Source: an uncultured Chloroflexia bacterium (GTDB taxonomy: Bacteria; Chloroflexota; Anaerolineae; CG2-30-64-16). From it: a stretch of DNA of 64,000 bases. The DNA is taken from contig CAWIPK010000007.1 of the NCBI GenBank assembly GCA_963837925.1, positions 81,124 through 145,123 on the forward strand. The letters run 5' to 3'. A model generated the notes under the pieces. The model saw only the letters and a program-made list of their open reading frames with translations. It had not been told where the DNA came from and did not search any database. The position numbers and the translations under genes were made by a program. Numbering within the stretch: the stretch's first letter is position 1; every line of letters begins with the position of its first letter. Of this stretch, positions 48,013-57,055 are shown piece after piece.

Positions 48013-48453
48013 CTAGCCGATAGGCGATCTCACCGGAGGCGCGTCGAAAAGCAAGGGCCCTTCCGAGTGGCCGAAATCAAAATTGGCACGCGGCTTTCCC
48101 TCCTGCAAAGTCCGCATCTTGCTCAGGAGTTCGTCGAGCGAATCTTCTTCCAGCGCGTAATCGGTGACGCCCGCAGCCGCATACTGCAGAAATGCCTCCT
48201 GGGTATGCGCCCAGTCCATCAGGACAACCTGGGGACCATCAGCGTGCGCTGACGCCGCGCGTGCCAGTTGAAGCACGCCCTCGCACGGCAAGTCGGCCGT
48301 GACGAGGATCAAATCGCACTCGCCGAGATGAGGCAAAGCCTCGGCCACGGAAACGGCTGAACCAACAACTAGGATGTCCGGCTCCCCACTCAGGATGGCC
48401 GTCATCAAGTTGCCCAGGGACTGATCTTTATCCACGATGTACAAACGGATCAC
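48013..48453 (-). CDS. Stand-alone pseudo-receiver, paralogue 2
   Basis: IRLYIVDKDQ...EPDILVVG...EAL...DLILVTADLP...TDYALEED. Thr replaces the acceptor Asp and Glu replaces the conserved Lys. Confidence 0.7.
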   Translation of the reverse strand: MIRLYIVDKDQSLGNLMTAILSGEPDILVVGSAVSVAEALPHLGECDLILVTADLPCEGVLQLARAASAHADGPQVVLMDWAHTQEAFLQYAAAGVTDYALEEDSLDELLSKMRTLQEGKPRANFDFGHSEGPLLFDAPPVRSPIG

Positions 48454-48495
48454 GGAACCTTACGCTCCATTCACACTTATGCCACATCTATTCCT

Positions 48496-48545
48496 ATTGT
48501 ATGAGACAAAGCGAGGATTGTGAACCGTAGAAGCCGGGGATTTTC
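48496..48545 (-). promoter_or_regulatory. Promoter region of pseudo-receiver 2: TTCACA, 17-nt spacer, TACAAT plus conserved upstream element
   Basis: On the minus strand, GAAAATCCCCGGCTTCTACG-gTTCACA-17 nt-TACAAT. This parallels 42442-42492. Confidence 0.5.
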
Positions 48546-48578
48546 TGGCGGAAATAACGCGGAGAAACTACTGACGGG

Positions 48579-49229
48579 TCAGGTATTCTCCTCCAATAGG
48601 CCGTGTTCCATGGCGTAGTGCACCAACTCGACGCGACTATTGAGTGACAGCTTGCCCATTATGTTGGAACGGTGGCTCTCGACCGTCCGAACGCTAAGGC
48701 AGAGAGATTCGGCAATCTGGCGATTGGTGTTGCCCTGGGCGATCAGACGCAGGACCTCGATCTCACGACGGGTGAGAGCCTTGAGCGAGCCGGCGGTCTG
48801 CGATTCGGCCCCGGCTACGTCCTGAAGCAGCGCACGGGTCATGGCCGGGTGCACGTAAAGATCGCCGTCGGCCACCGAGTGAATGGCGTTGATAAGCTCT
48901 GACTCGACGGCCCGCTTGATGATATAGCCTGCGGCGCCTACCCGGACCGCTTCCTGCAGCAGGCTGTAGTCCTCATGCACGGTCAGAATGAGTACGGCAA
49001 TCTCCGCGTGGCTCTCCTTCAGTTGCTGGGTGACCTCGATACCCGTCAGGCCCGGCATGTTTACGTCCAGCAGCAGCACATCCGGGCGCAAGGTCACCGC
49101 CTGGCGCAACGCCTCGTCGCCGTCCGCAGCCTCCCCGATCACTTCCATGTCGGGTTCGGCATTCAGCAATGAACGCAACCCTGCCCGCAAGACACCGTGA
49201 TCGTCGGCAATGAGAATCCTAATGGGCAT
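48579..49229 (-). CDS. NarL/FixJ-family response regulator (canonical receiver + LuxR HTH)
   Basis: ILIADDHG, DVLLLDVNMPG, LILTVHED, GYIIKRA, and the HTH LTRREIEVLRLIAQGNTNRQIAESLCLSVRTVESHRSNIMGKL. ATG at 49229 follows GGAGG. Confidence 0.9.
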   Translation of the reverse strand: MPIRILIADDHGVLRAGLRSLLNAEPDMEVIGEAADGDEALRQAVTLRPDVLLLDVNMPGLTGIEVTQQLKESHAEIAVLILTVHEDYSLLQEAVRVGAAGYIIKRAVESELINAIHSVADGDLYVHPAMTRALLQDVAGAESQTAGSLKALTRREIEVLRLIAQGNTNRQIAESLCLSVRTVESHRSNIMGKLSLNSRVELVHYAMEHGLLEENT

Positions 49230-49385
49230 CTGGTACCTCCACGGACACCGTCGGGCCTTCATCCAATCGCGAGAACTTCAACCGGCGCCTCTCCGGTGAG
49301 CCAATCTCAAACCCAGTGCAGACAAAGGCCAACCTGCTGCGGATCGTACGAATTATACCACGCATTTAAGGAAAAGCGTTCTTGC

Positions 49386-49414
49386 TTGACAGGTGTCCCC
49401 TTCCCCCCTACAAT
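49386..49414 (+). promoter_or_regulatory. Sigma70-type promoter of lhr (TTGACA, 17-nt spacer, TACAAT)
   Basis: -35 at 49386-49391 and -10 at 49409-49414, with the ATG at 49431. Confidence 0.55.
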
Positions 49415-49430
49415 TTCCTCGAGGAACCCT

Positions 49431-52400
49431 ATGTTCAATCCACTCGACAGTTTTTCGCTGCCTGTACGCACCTGGTTTGAGGAGACGTTCCAGGCGCCGA
49501 CTCCGCCGCAGGCCGAGGGTTGGCCGCCGATCCAGCGTGGCGACCACAGCCTCATCCTGGCCCCGACCGGTTCGGGGAAGACGATCGCCGCCTTTCTGTG
49601 GGGGATCGACCAGATCTACCGCGAGCTGGCGTCCGCCGAGGGTGAGGCAGAAGGTCTGGCAGATCGGCAGGTGGCACGTGAGAAAAGCCGGCCGAGCAGC
49701 GCCGCGGCCAACCGCCCCGGCATCCGAGTGCTCTACGTCTCACCGCTCAAGGCGCTCAATAACGACATCGAGCGCAACCTGCGCGCGCCGTTGGCAGGCA
49801 TCCGGGCGGTCGCGCAGCGCTTGGGCCGGCCTCTACCGCCGCTGCACGTGGCTGTGCGCACGGGCGATACGCCCGGACATGTGCGCCAGCAAATGCTCAA
49901 GCAGCCGCCGCATATCCTGATCACCACTCCCGAATCGCTCTACCTGATGTTGACCAGCCCGCGCGCCCGCGAGATGTTCCGCACCGTTCACACCGTGATC
50001 GTGGACGAAATCCACACCCTGTGCGGGAACAAGCGGGGGGTCCACCTTTCGCTGACTCTCGAGCGTCTCGAACACGAGACTGGCCGGCGCGTGCAGCGGA
50101 TCGGCCTGTCCGCCACGCAAAAGCCCCTGGAAGAAGTCGCACGCTTCTTGGGCGGGCAGGAGTGGGCAGATGACCGGCGTGCGTTGCAGCCGCGTCCCGT
50201 ATCCATCGTCAACACCGGATACCAGAAGGCGCTGGATCTCCAGGTCGTCACGGTGGTCAAGGACTTCCGGGAGATGCCCGGCGACACCATTTGGCCCTCC
50301 GTCGTGGCGCGAGTGCTGAGCGACATCCGCCGGCGGCGCAGCACCCTGGTCTTTGCCAATAACCGGCGCCTGGCCGAAAGGACGGCAGACCGCCTGAACG
50401 CGCAGATCGCGGCGGAGGAGAGCGAAGAGATCCCACCCGGCAGCACCGAGGCGCTGGCTCCCGGCGGGATCGTGCGCGACCGGGGCATGTTTGCCCTGGG
50501 AGCCAAGGGGCCGATCCGGGCGCACCACGGCAGCATGTCGAAAGAAGCGCGCCGGGCGATGGAAGAGGACCTCAAGGCCGGGCGCCTGCCGGCATTGGTC
50601 GGCACGAGTTCGCTCGAGTTAGGGATCGACATCGGCGCGGTCGATCAAGTGGTTCAACTGGGATCACCCAACAGTATTGCTCAGGGTCTGCAGCGCGTCG
50701 GCCGGTCGGGCCACCTGGTGGGCCAGACCAGCGTCGGACGCATCTACGCCACCACCCGCGAGGACCTGGTCGAGGCCGCCGCCGTGGCCCGCGGCATGCT
50801 CGAAGGCGACGTCGAGCCGACCTACACCCCGCAGAACCCTTTGGACGTGCTCGCCCAACAGATCGTGGCGATGGTATCGGTGGAGGAATGGCCGGCGGCG
50901 GCGCTCTTCGACCTGCTGCGCCAAGCCTACGCGTACCATGATCTGTCTCCAGATGCCTACCGGGCAGTGCTCGAGATGCTCAGTGGCAAATACCATCGCG
51001 CCAATGGGCGGGAGGGCGAAGGGGGGGCCGACCTCCTGCCCGGCGCGCTGCGGCCGCGCCTGGCCTGGGACCGGGTCAACGATCGGCTGGCAGCGCTGCC
51101 CGGCTCGCGCTTGCTGGCCATCAGCAACGGCGGCACGATCCCGGATACCGGCCCCTACCGGGTCTATCTGGGCGACGGAAAGACGCGTATCGGCGAGCTG
51201 GACGAGGAATTCGTCTTCGAGACGCGCGTGGGCGACGTGTTCTTGTTAGGCAGCAACACCTGGCGCGTGCTCGACATCCAGGACGACCGGGTGATCGTCG
51301 GCGATGCGAGCGGAGCGGTGCCGCGCATGCCCTTCTGGAACGGAGACTATCCGGGACGTCCCTACGAGTTGGGCCAGCGGATCGGCCGCTTCCGTGGGGA
51401 AGTGTCGGCACGCGTCGGACGAACCGATGCCAAGCTCGACGAGCTGATGCGCTGGCTGCAGCACGACTACGCGCTGGACGAAAACTCAGCCACCAACCTT
51501 CTCGAGCATGTCCGCCGCCAGCTCGATGCGCTGGGCGTTATGTCATCCGATAGCACCATCGTCGCCGAGCTTTTCCACGATGCCCTGGGCGAGCCGCGGC
51601 TGGTGGTACACTCGCCCTTCGGCGGGCGCGTGAACGGCGCCTGGGCGATCGTACTGCGCAGCGCCCTTCAGGAGCGAACGGGCGTCGAGGTTGAGATGCA
51701 GGCCGCCGACGACGGCATGATCTTCCGCTTTCCGAGCCTGGAAGGCCTGCCGCCCGTTGACATCCTCCAGTCGATGACGCCCGCCGAGGCGCGCGAGCGC
51801 CTGCTGCGTGACCTGCCAAACTCGGCGGCGTTCGGAGCACAGTTCCGCATGAACGCCGGACGCGCACTGATGCTGCCGCGCGCACACGGCCATCGCCGCA
51901 CACCCTTCTGGCTGCAGCGCCTGAAGGCAAAAGACCTGCTTGCCGTCGTGCGCAAGTTCAAGGACTTCCCGATTATTGCCGAGACCTATCGTGATTGCCT
52001 GAGGGATGTGTTCGATCTGCCCCACCTCGAGACCGTGCTGGAAGCCATCCAGCAGGGCAGTATCCGGATCAGCGTGATCGAGACCGCCGTGCCATCGCCG
52101 GTCGCCGCCGATCTTTTGTTCGGCTTCATGGAGCAGTACTTGTACGAGTGGGACGCGCCCAAAGCCGAGCGTCAACTGCAAACTCTCTCCGTCCGCCGAG
52201 ACCTGCTGGAGGACCTGTTGGGCAGCGGGGTCGAGCTCAACGAACTGCTGCGGTCGGAGGCGGTGAGCGAAGTAGTAGCCCAGGCCCGTCACACGGCGGA
52301 GGGCTACCAGGCCCGCAGCGTCGAGGAGTTGGCCGTGTTCATGGATGAACTCGGCGACCTGACCGAGAGCGAGATCGCGGCGATCTGCGTCCGGCCTCCA

Positions 52401-54272
52401 GCAGGCGGGACGGCCCAGGCAGATGGGAGCCGGAACGCCCAGGCCGCGGGCTGGCTGCGCCAACTGGCGGATAGGGGACGGTTGCTCAAGCTGGCGGTGG
52501 TCAGTGCGGGCGGGCTTGAGGAACGCTGGCTGGCGACTGAACTAGCCGGCGACTACCTACCCGCAGGGATGGAAATGAGCGCGACGGCTGCCTCCGCGGC
52601 GGATGCCCCGCCCTGCCCAAACCCGGAAGCCATCGTGCGCCGCTATCTGCGCACCAGCGGCCCGGTCACCACGCAAGCGATCGTGGCGCGCTACGCCTTC
52701 CCCAGGGACTGGCTCGACGAGGTGCTTGGCCGGTTGGTAAACGATCGAGCCGTCCTCATGGGCCACTTCACCCCCGGTGGCCCAGCGGGCGCCTGCCCAC
52801 CGCCCTGCGAAGAATACTGCGACCCGGGCCTGCTCGAAAAGATCCACCGTCGCAGCCTGGGCCTGCTGCGCAAGGAGGTCCAGCCCGTTTCTCTGGGCCG
52901 CTACGCTGATTTCCTGGCGCGCTGGCAGCACCTGGGCGAGAACGAAGGGCTGCGCGGCCGCGATGGCCTGCGCACCGTGATGCGGCAACTACAAGGCGTG
53001 GCGGTGCCCGGAACGACTTGGGAAGAGGACGTCCTTCCCGCACGGCTGGTCGACTATGATCCGGCGGCGCTGGACGATCTGTGCCAGAAGGGCGAGCTCG
53101 TGTGGGCCGGCCTGGGTCGCGACCCCCGCCGGGCGCGCTTCCGCTTCCTGCCGCGCGGCGAGGGCGGACTCTTCCTGGGCGAACCGGACGAGGACGGGCT
53201 CAGCGAGAGCGCCCGGCTGGTCTACGCGCAGCTCAAGAGCGAAGGGGCCTCATTCAGCGCCGACCTGGCAGCCGGCACGGGCCTCCGGCCGGCCGCGTTG
53301 GAAGCGGCGCTGGTCGAACTGGTCATGTGCGGGCTGGCAACCAACGATACATTGGGGGTGATGCACTACCTGGCCGAGTCGGGGCGACGACCGGGCGCCG
53401 CGGCCACTGGGACCTTGGCGCCGGATGGCAGCGCGGAGGCAGCGCGACCTGTGCTCAGCTCCCTGGAAGCGGAGTTGGCAGTTCGCCTGCCCCGTTCACG
53501 CCCGCCGTCCCCGGGCCGTCATCGCGGCGCGGCCTGGCGCGGCGCCAAGCGACGCGTCGCCCAGCAGTTGCGCGCCAGCAGCCCTGCCCCCGATCTCGCC
53601 GCAGGCCGCTGGTCATTGATCCATCGGACGGGGGTGTTGGGTCGCCCGCTGCCGGCCGAGGAAAGAGCTGACAGGCTGGCGCGCGTCCTGCTCGAACGCC
53701 ACGGCGTGCTGACACGTGATGCGGTCGAACGCGAGGAACTCGGGGCGGACTGGCCCCTGCTCTACGCACACCTGCAACGGATGGAGATGCGGGGTGACGT
53801 GCGGCGCGGCTACTTCGTGGCCGGGCTGCCTGGTGCCCAGTTCGCCCTGCCCGAGGCGGTGGAAAAGCTCCGCGCCGCCGGAGAGGCAGGCAGCGAGGAC
53901 GCGGGGCCGGTCGTGCTGAACGCGACAGATCCGGCGAACCTGTACGGCTCGCTTGGACCCGCCGCAGCGCAGGGCCAGGCCGGCCCCCACTTCCCCCGCC
54001 TGCCATCCACCCACGTGGTCCTGTCGAACGGCAAGCCGGTTCTGATCGCCGAGGACGGCGGCCAGCGGCTGACGGCCGCGGAGGAAGACGGACCTGAGCT
54101 GCTGAAGCAGGCCGTGGGCGCCTACCTCGATCGGCCGCACGCGCCACGCCACCTGATCGTCAGCCAATGGAATGGCGCGCCCGTGCTCGGCGGTCCGGGA
54201 GAGGCGCTGCTGCAAGAGCTCGGCTTCTATCGCTCGCCGGCCGGCATGGAGTGGTGGGCGCCTCATCTGTAA
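49431..54272 (+). CDS. lhr: Lhr-type large ATP-dependent (DEAH-box) helicase
   Basis: Walker A APTGSGKT, DEIH box, SATQ, HHGSMS and VQLGSP..QRVGRSGH, plus a long Lhr-like C-terminal region. About 1613 aa from the ATG at 49431. Confidence 0.92.
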   Translation: MFNPLDSFSLPVRTWFEETFQAPTPPQAEGWPPIQRGDHSLILAPTGSGKTIAAFLWGIDQIYRELASAEGEAEGLADRQVAREKSRPSSAAANRPGIRVLYVSPLKALNNDIERNLRAPLAGIRAVAQRLGRPLPPLHVAVRTGDTPGHVRQQMLKQPPHILITTPESLYLMLTSPRAREMFRTVHTVIVDEIHTLCGNKRGVHLSLTLERLEHETGRRVQRIGLSATQKPLEEVARFLGGQEWADDRRALQPRPVSIVNTGYQKALDLQVVTVVKDFREMPGDTIWPSVVARVLSDIRRRRSTLVFANNRRLAERTADRLNAQIAAEESEEIPPGSTEALAPGGIVRDRGMFALGAKGPIRAHHGSMSKEARRAMEEDLKAGRLPALVGTSSLELGIDIGAVDQVVQLGSPNSIAQGLQRVGRSGHLVGQTSVGRIYATTREDLVEAAAVARGMLEGDVEPTYTPQNPLDVLAQQIVAMVSVEEWPAAALFDLLRQAYAYHDLSPDAYRAVLEMLSGKYHRANGREGEGGADLLPGALRPRLAWDRVNDRLAALPGSRLLAISNGGTIPDTGPYRVYLGDGKTRIGELDEEFVFETRVGDVFLLGSNTWRVLDIQDDRVIVGDASGAVPRMPFWNGDYPGRPYELGQRIGRFRGEVSARVGRTDAKLDELMRWLQHDYALDENSATNLLEHVRRQLDALGVMSSDSTIVAELFHDALGEPRLVVHSPFGGRVNGAWAIVLRSALQERTGVEVEMQAADDGMIFRFPSLEGLPPVDILQSMTPAEARERLLRDLPNSAAFGAQFRMNAGRALMLPRAHGHRRTPFWLQRLKAKDLLAVVRKFKDFPIIAETYRDCLRDVFDLPHLETVLEAIQQGSIRISVIETAVPSPVAADLLFGFMEQYLYEWDAPKAERQLQTLSVRRDLLEDLLGSGVELNELLRSEAVSEVVAQARHTAEGYQARSVEELAVFMDELGDLTESEIAAICVRPPAGGTAQADGSRNAQAAGWLRQLADRGRLLKLAVVSAGGLEERWLATELAGDYLPAGMEMSATAASAADAPPCPNPEAIVRRYLRTSGPVTTQAIVARYAFPRDWLDEVLGRLVNDRAVLMGHFTPGGPAGACPPPCEEYCDPGLLEKIHRRSLGLLRKEVQPVSLGRYADFLARWQHLGENEGLRGRDGLRTVMRQLQGVAVPGTTWEEDVLPARLVDYDPAALDDLCQKGELVWAGLGRDPRRARFRFLPRGEGGLFLGEPDEDGLSESARLVYAQLKSEGASFSADLAAGTGLRPAALEAALVELVMCGLATNDTLGVMHYLAESGRRPGAAATGTLAPDGSAEAARPVLSSLEAELAVRLPRSRPPSPGRHRGAAWRGAKRRVAQQLRASSPAPDLAAGRWSLIHRTGVLGRPLPAEERADRLARVLLERHGVLTRDAVEREELGADWPLLYAHLQRMEMRGDVRRGYFVAGLPGAQFALPEAVEKLRAAGEAGSEDAGPVVLNATDPANLYGSLGPAAAQGQAGPHFPRLPSTHVVLSNGKPVLIAEDGGQRLTAAEEDGPELLKQAVGAYLDRPHAPRHLIVSQWNGAPVLGGPGEALLQELGFYRSPAGMEWWAPHL

Positions 54273-54345
54273 TTGAGCAATTCGTCCAGGATCCGTTCTT
54301 TCAGGATCGGCCGGCGGCGGGATATAATGCGGGCGGAGGAGAAGA

Positions 54346-56145
54346 ATGGCTGTCATCAAGCGCCTCGCCGGCTACCTTGGGCCTTATTGGAAGACTCTCA
54401 TCGTCACCTGCGTGCTGCTGGTGCTGAACATCGCCTTAAGCCTGCTGCCGCCGCTCTTCCAACGCCAGATCATCGATCAGGTGATCGGTCGCCAGGCCCT
54501 GAGCAGCCTGCTGGCCCTGGTCGGTGGGTTGATCGCCGTCTATGGCCTCACCGCGCTGACCGAGTTCGGCGACCAGTACCTGCGTCACACCCTGGGCGAG
54601 CGCTTCATCTGCGACCTGCGGGTGCGCCTCTACAGTCACCTTCAGCGGCTCTCGCTGTCATACTTCGGGCGCACATCGACAGGCGAGCTGATGTCGCGTG
54701 TTACCAACGACGTCAATGCCCTCGAACAATTCGTGACGCATGGTGTGGTGCTGACTGCGATCGACGGCCTGCGCCTGCTGGGCTCGGCGGCGGTGCTGCT
54801 CGTGCTCGATTGGCGCCTGGCACTGGTGACCTTCCTGCCGATACCGATCGTGGCCTACGGGCTGCGCCGCTATAACCGGCGCGCGCGACCCATCTATCGT
54901 CAGGTGCGGCGGCGACTGGCCGACATCAACGCCAAGTTGCAGGACAACCTGGCCGGGATCCGGGTGGTGCAGGCCTTCGGGCAGGAAGGATCGGAGCTCG
55001 GGCGCTTCAGCAACGTGAGCGAGAATTACTTCCAGGAGCGCGTGGGTGTGATCCGCGCCTGGTCAACCTTCTTCCCGGCGCTGGGCTTCGTCTCGACGGC
55101 CGGTGGCTCCCTGCTGCTCGGCGCCGGCGCCTACATGGTGGTCAAAGGCCAGGTGTCTCTGGGCACCCTGGTGGCCTTTCTCTCTTATTCGACCTTTCTC
55201 TACGATCCCTTGCGCCGCCTGACCGAGATCGACAATATCCTCCAGGAGGCGATCGCGGCCGGAGAGCGCATCTTCGAAATGATCGACGAAGTACCTGAAA
55301 TCAAGGATGCGCCGGACGCGGTCGCGCTGGAGCGGGTCCAGGGCGATGTCGTCTTTGAGGACGTGCACTTTCGCTACGAGAGTGATGGATGGCCGGCGGG
55401 CGTCGACGCAGCGGTGGCCGCGGCGCGCAGCGAGGAAGTGCTGCACGACATCGAGTTCCACATGCAACCGGGTGAGGTGGTCGCCCTGGTGGGGCCCAGC
55501 GGGGCCGGCAAGACCAGCATCGCCAGCCTGCTCTGCCGCTTTTACGACCCGACCCACGGCCGCATCCTGGTCGACGGTTACGATCTGCGCACGCTGCAGT
55601 TGACCTCGCTGCGCCGGCACGTGGCCGTCGTGCTGCAGGACACCTTTCTGTTCAATGCCAGCGTGCGCGAGAACCTGCTCTACGGCAAGCCGGACGCCAG
55701 CGAGGCCGAACTGGTGGCGGCGGCCAGGGCGGCCTACGCGCACGATTTTATCAGCCAGATGCCGCGAGGCTACGACACAGAGATTGGAGAGCGGGGCGTG
55801 AAGTTGAGCGGGGGCCAGCGGCAGCGACTGGCTCTGGCGCGCGCCATTTTGGCAGACCCGCGCATCCTGATCCTCGACGAGGCAACGTCCTCCGTGGACG
55901 CCGAGGCAGAGTACCTGATCCAACAGGCGCTCGAACGGGTGATGATCGGCCGCACGTCGCTTGTCATCGCCCACCGGCTCAGCACCGTCCGCAACGCCGA
56001 CAAGATCATCGCTGTCGACGAGGGTCGCATTCGTGAGATCGGCAACCACGAAGAGCTATTGAATCGCGGCGGCCTCTACAGCCAGCTCTACCAGCGGCAG
56101 CTGGAGTTGGCCGCCACGGGATTGGACCAGGCGACCCTGAACTGA
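54346..56145 (+). CDS. ABC exporter, fused permease/ATPase (MsbA/multidrug type)
   Basis: Six-helix TMD followed by an NBD with GPSGAGKTS, LSGGQRQRLALARA and ILILDEATSSVD. Confidence 0.92.
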   Translation: MAVIKRLAGYLGPYWKTLIVTCVLLVLNIALSLLPPLFQRQIIDQVIGRQALSSLLALVGGLIAVYGLTALTEFGDQYLRHTLGERFICDLRVRLYSHLQRLSLSYFGRTSTGELMSRVTNDVNALEQFVTHGVVLTAIDGLRLLGSAAVLLVLDWRLALVTFLPIPIVAYGLRRYNRRARPIYRQVRRRLADINAKLQDNLAGIRVVQAFGQEGSELGRFSNVSENYFQERVGVIRAWSTFFPALGFVSTAGGSLLLGAGAYMVVKGQVSLGTLVAFLSYSTFLYDPLRRLTEIDNILQEAIAAGERIFEMIDEVPEIKDAPDAVALERVQGDVVFEDVHFRYESDGWPAGVDAAVAAARSEEVLHDIEFHMQPGEVVALVGPSGAGKTSIASLLCRFYDPTHGRILVDGYDLRTLQLTSLRRHVAVVLQDTFLFNASVRENLLYGKPDASEAELVAAARAAYAHDFISQMPRGYDTEIGERGVKLSGGQRQRLALARAILADPRILILDEATSSVDAEAEYLIQQALERVMIGRTSLVIAHRLSTVRNADKIIAVDEGRIREIGNHEELLNRGGLYSQLYQRQLELAATGLDQATLN

Positions 56146-56175
56146 GAAGCGGACATCCGGTCAAGCCTGGAGGAC

Positions 56176-56856
56176 CTACGGTTCAAGCGACGAATTTCGG
56201 CTCTCAAAGCCTGCAACGCGAACCACCAGGCGGCCATCGGGGCAGTTTTGGACCTGGATATCGCTAAGCTGTCTGGCTATGGCGGTTGCTGTTTCCAGCT
56301 CATCCGCTGCATGGGTTGAGGCAACTGCAACCGAGCGCATGCCCGCAGCCTGGGCGGCTGCAATACCGGCAGGTGAATCCTCGACGACGACACATTGACC
56401 CGCCGGAATGCCAAGAATGTTGGCCGCCACAAGATATGGCTCTGGATCCGGCTTGCCGTTGACGACGTCTTCTGCCGTCACCATGATCCTGGGGACAGGT
56501 AGCCCAAGACGTATCAGTCGGGCTGTGGCTACGTCTCGGGTGCCTGACGTGACAATTGCCCAGCGATCGGTGGGTAAAGGCTCTAGCAAGGGCAATGCTC
56601 CGTCGATTGCGACCACTCCTTGCGTGTCTGCGGCTTCGAGGGCGGCAAAAGACCGGGCCTCTTCATCGACAGGCGAGTGAGGAGCGACAAGCCTCATCGT
56701 TTCGGCGGTTCTCCTGCCATGGGCGACGCGCATGATCTCAGCAAGGTCAAGGTTATGCTGCTCTGCCCACTGCCGCCAATGGCGCACGATGCTGTCCGTC
56801 GAATCAATGAGTACACCGTCAAGATCAAAAAGGATGGCTGTACATTCAATCTGCAT
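56176..56856 (-). CDS. HAD-IA family phosphatase (beta-phosphoglucomutase-like)
   Basis: ILFDLDGVLIDS, VTSG, GKPDPEPY and VVEDSPAGIAAA. Confidence 0.85.
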   Translation of the reverse strand: MQIECTAILFDLDGVLIDSTDSIVRHWRQWAEQHNLDLAEIMRVAHGRRTAETMRLVAPHSPVDEEARSFAALEAADTQGVVAIDGALPLLEPLPTDRWAIVTSGTRDVATARLIRLGLPVPRIMVTAEDVVNGKPDPEPYLVAANILGIPAGQCVVVEDSPAGIAAAQAAGMRSVAVASTHAADELETATAIARQLSDIQVQNCPDGRLVVRVAGFESRNSSLEP

Positions 56857-56980
56857 CAGATGTCTGCTCCCGGTTAGTCCGGCTGCTATTCTTTGCCAAA
56901 GGCAGTTTCCCGGCTAGCGTACTGACCGTGCGGAAACCGCAGCTATTATACGCTCCGAATAGCATGGCTGAAAGAATGAC

Positions 56981-57015
56981 AAAAAGGCTGAAGGGCCCGA
57001 ATTTGCCCTTCAGCC
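56981..57015 (-). terminator. Rho-independent terminator of the Rad52-like gene
   Basis: On the minus strand, GGCTGAAGGGC-aaattcgg-GCCCTTCAGCC followed by TTTTTG, about 40 nt after the stop at 57056. Confidence 0.85.
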
Positions 57016-57055
57016 TTAGGTTCTCCGTCTCCCTGCTTCCCGCTGGCCGCTCGCC

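Noticed and set aside
49384-49414. Equating the shared TTGACAGGTG element with the mycobacterial RecA-independent (PafBC-type) damage promoter motif tTGTCRgtg-N8-TAnnnT.
   Set aside because: The core differs (TTGACAG versus TTGTCRG). The spacing to the -10 is 17 nt at lhr and 7 nt at the Rad52-like gene, and neither fits the N8 geometry. I kept only the observation of the shared 13-mer.
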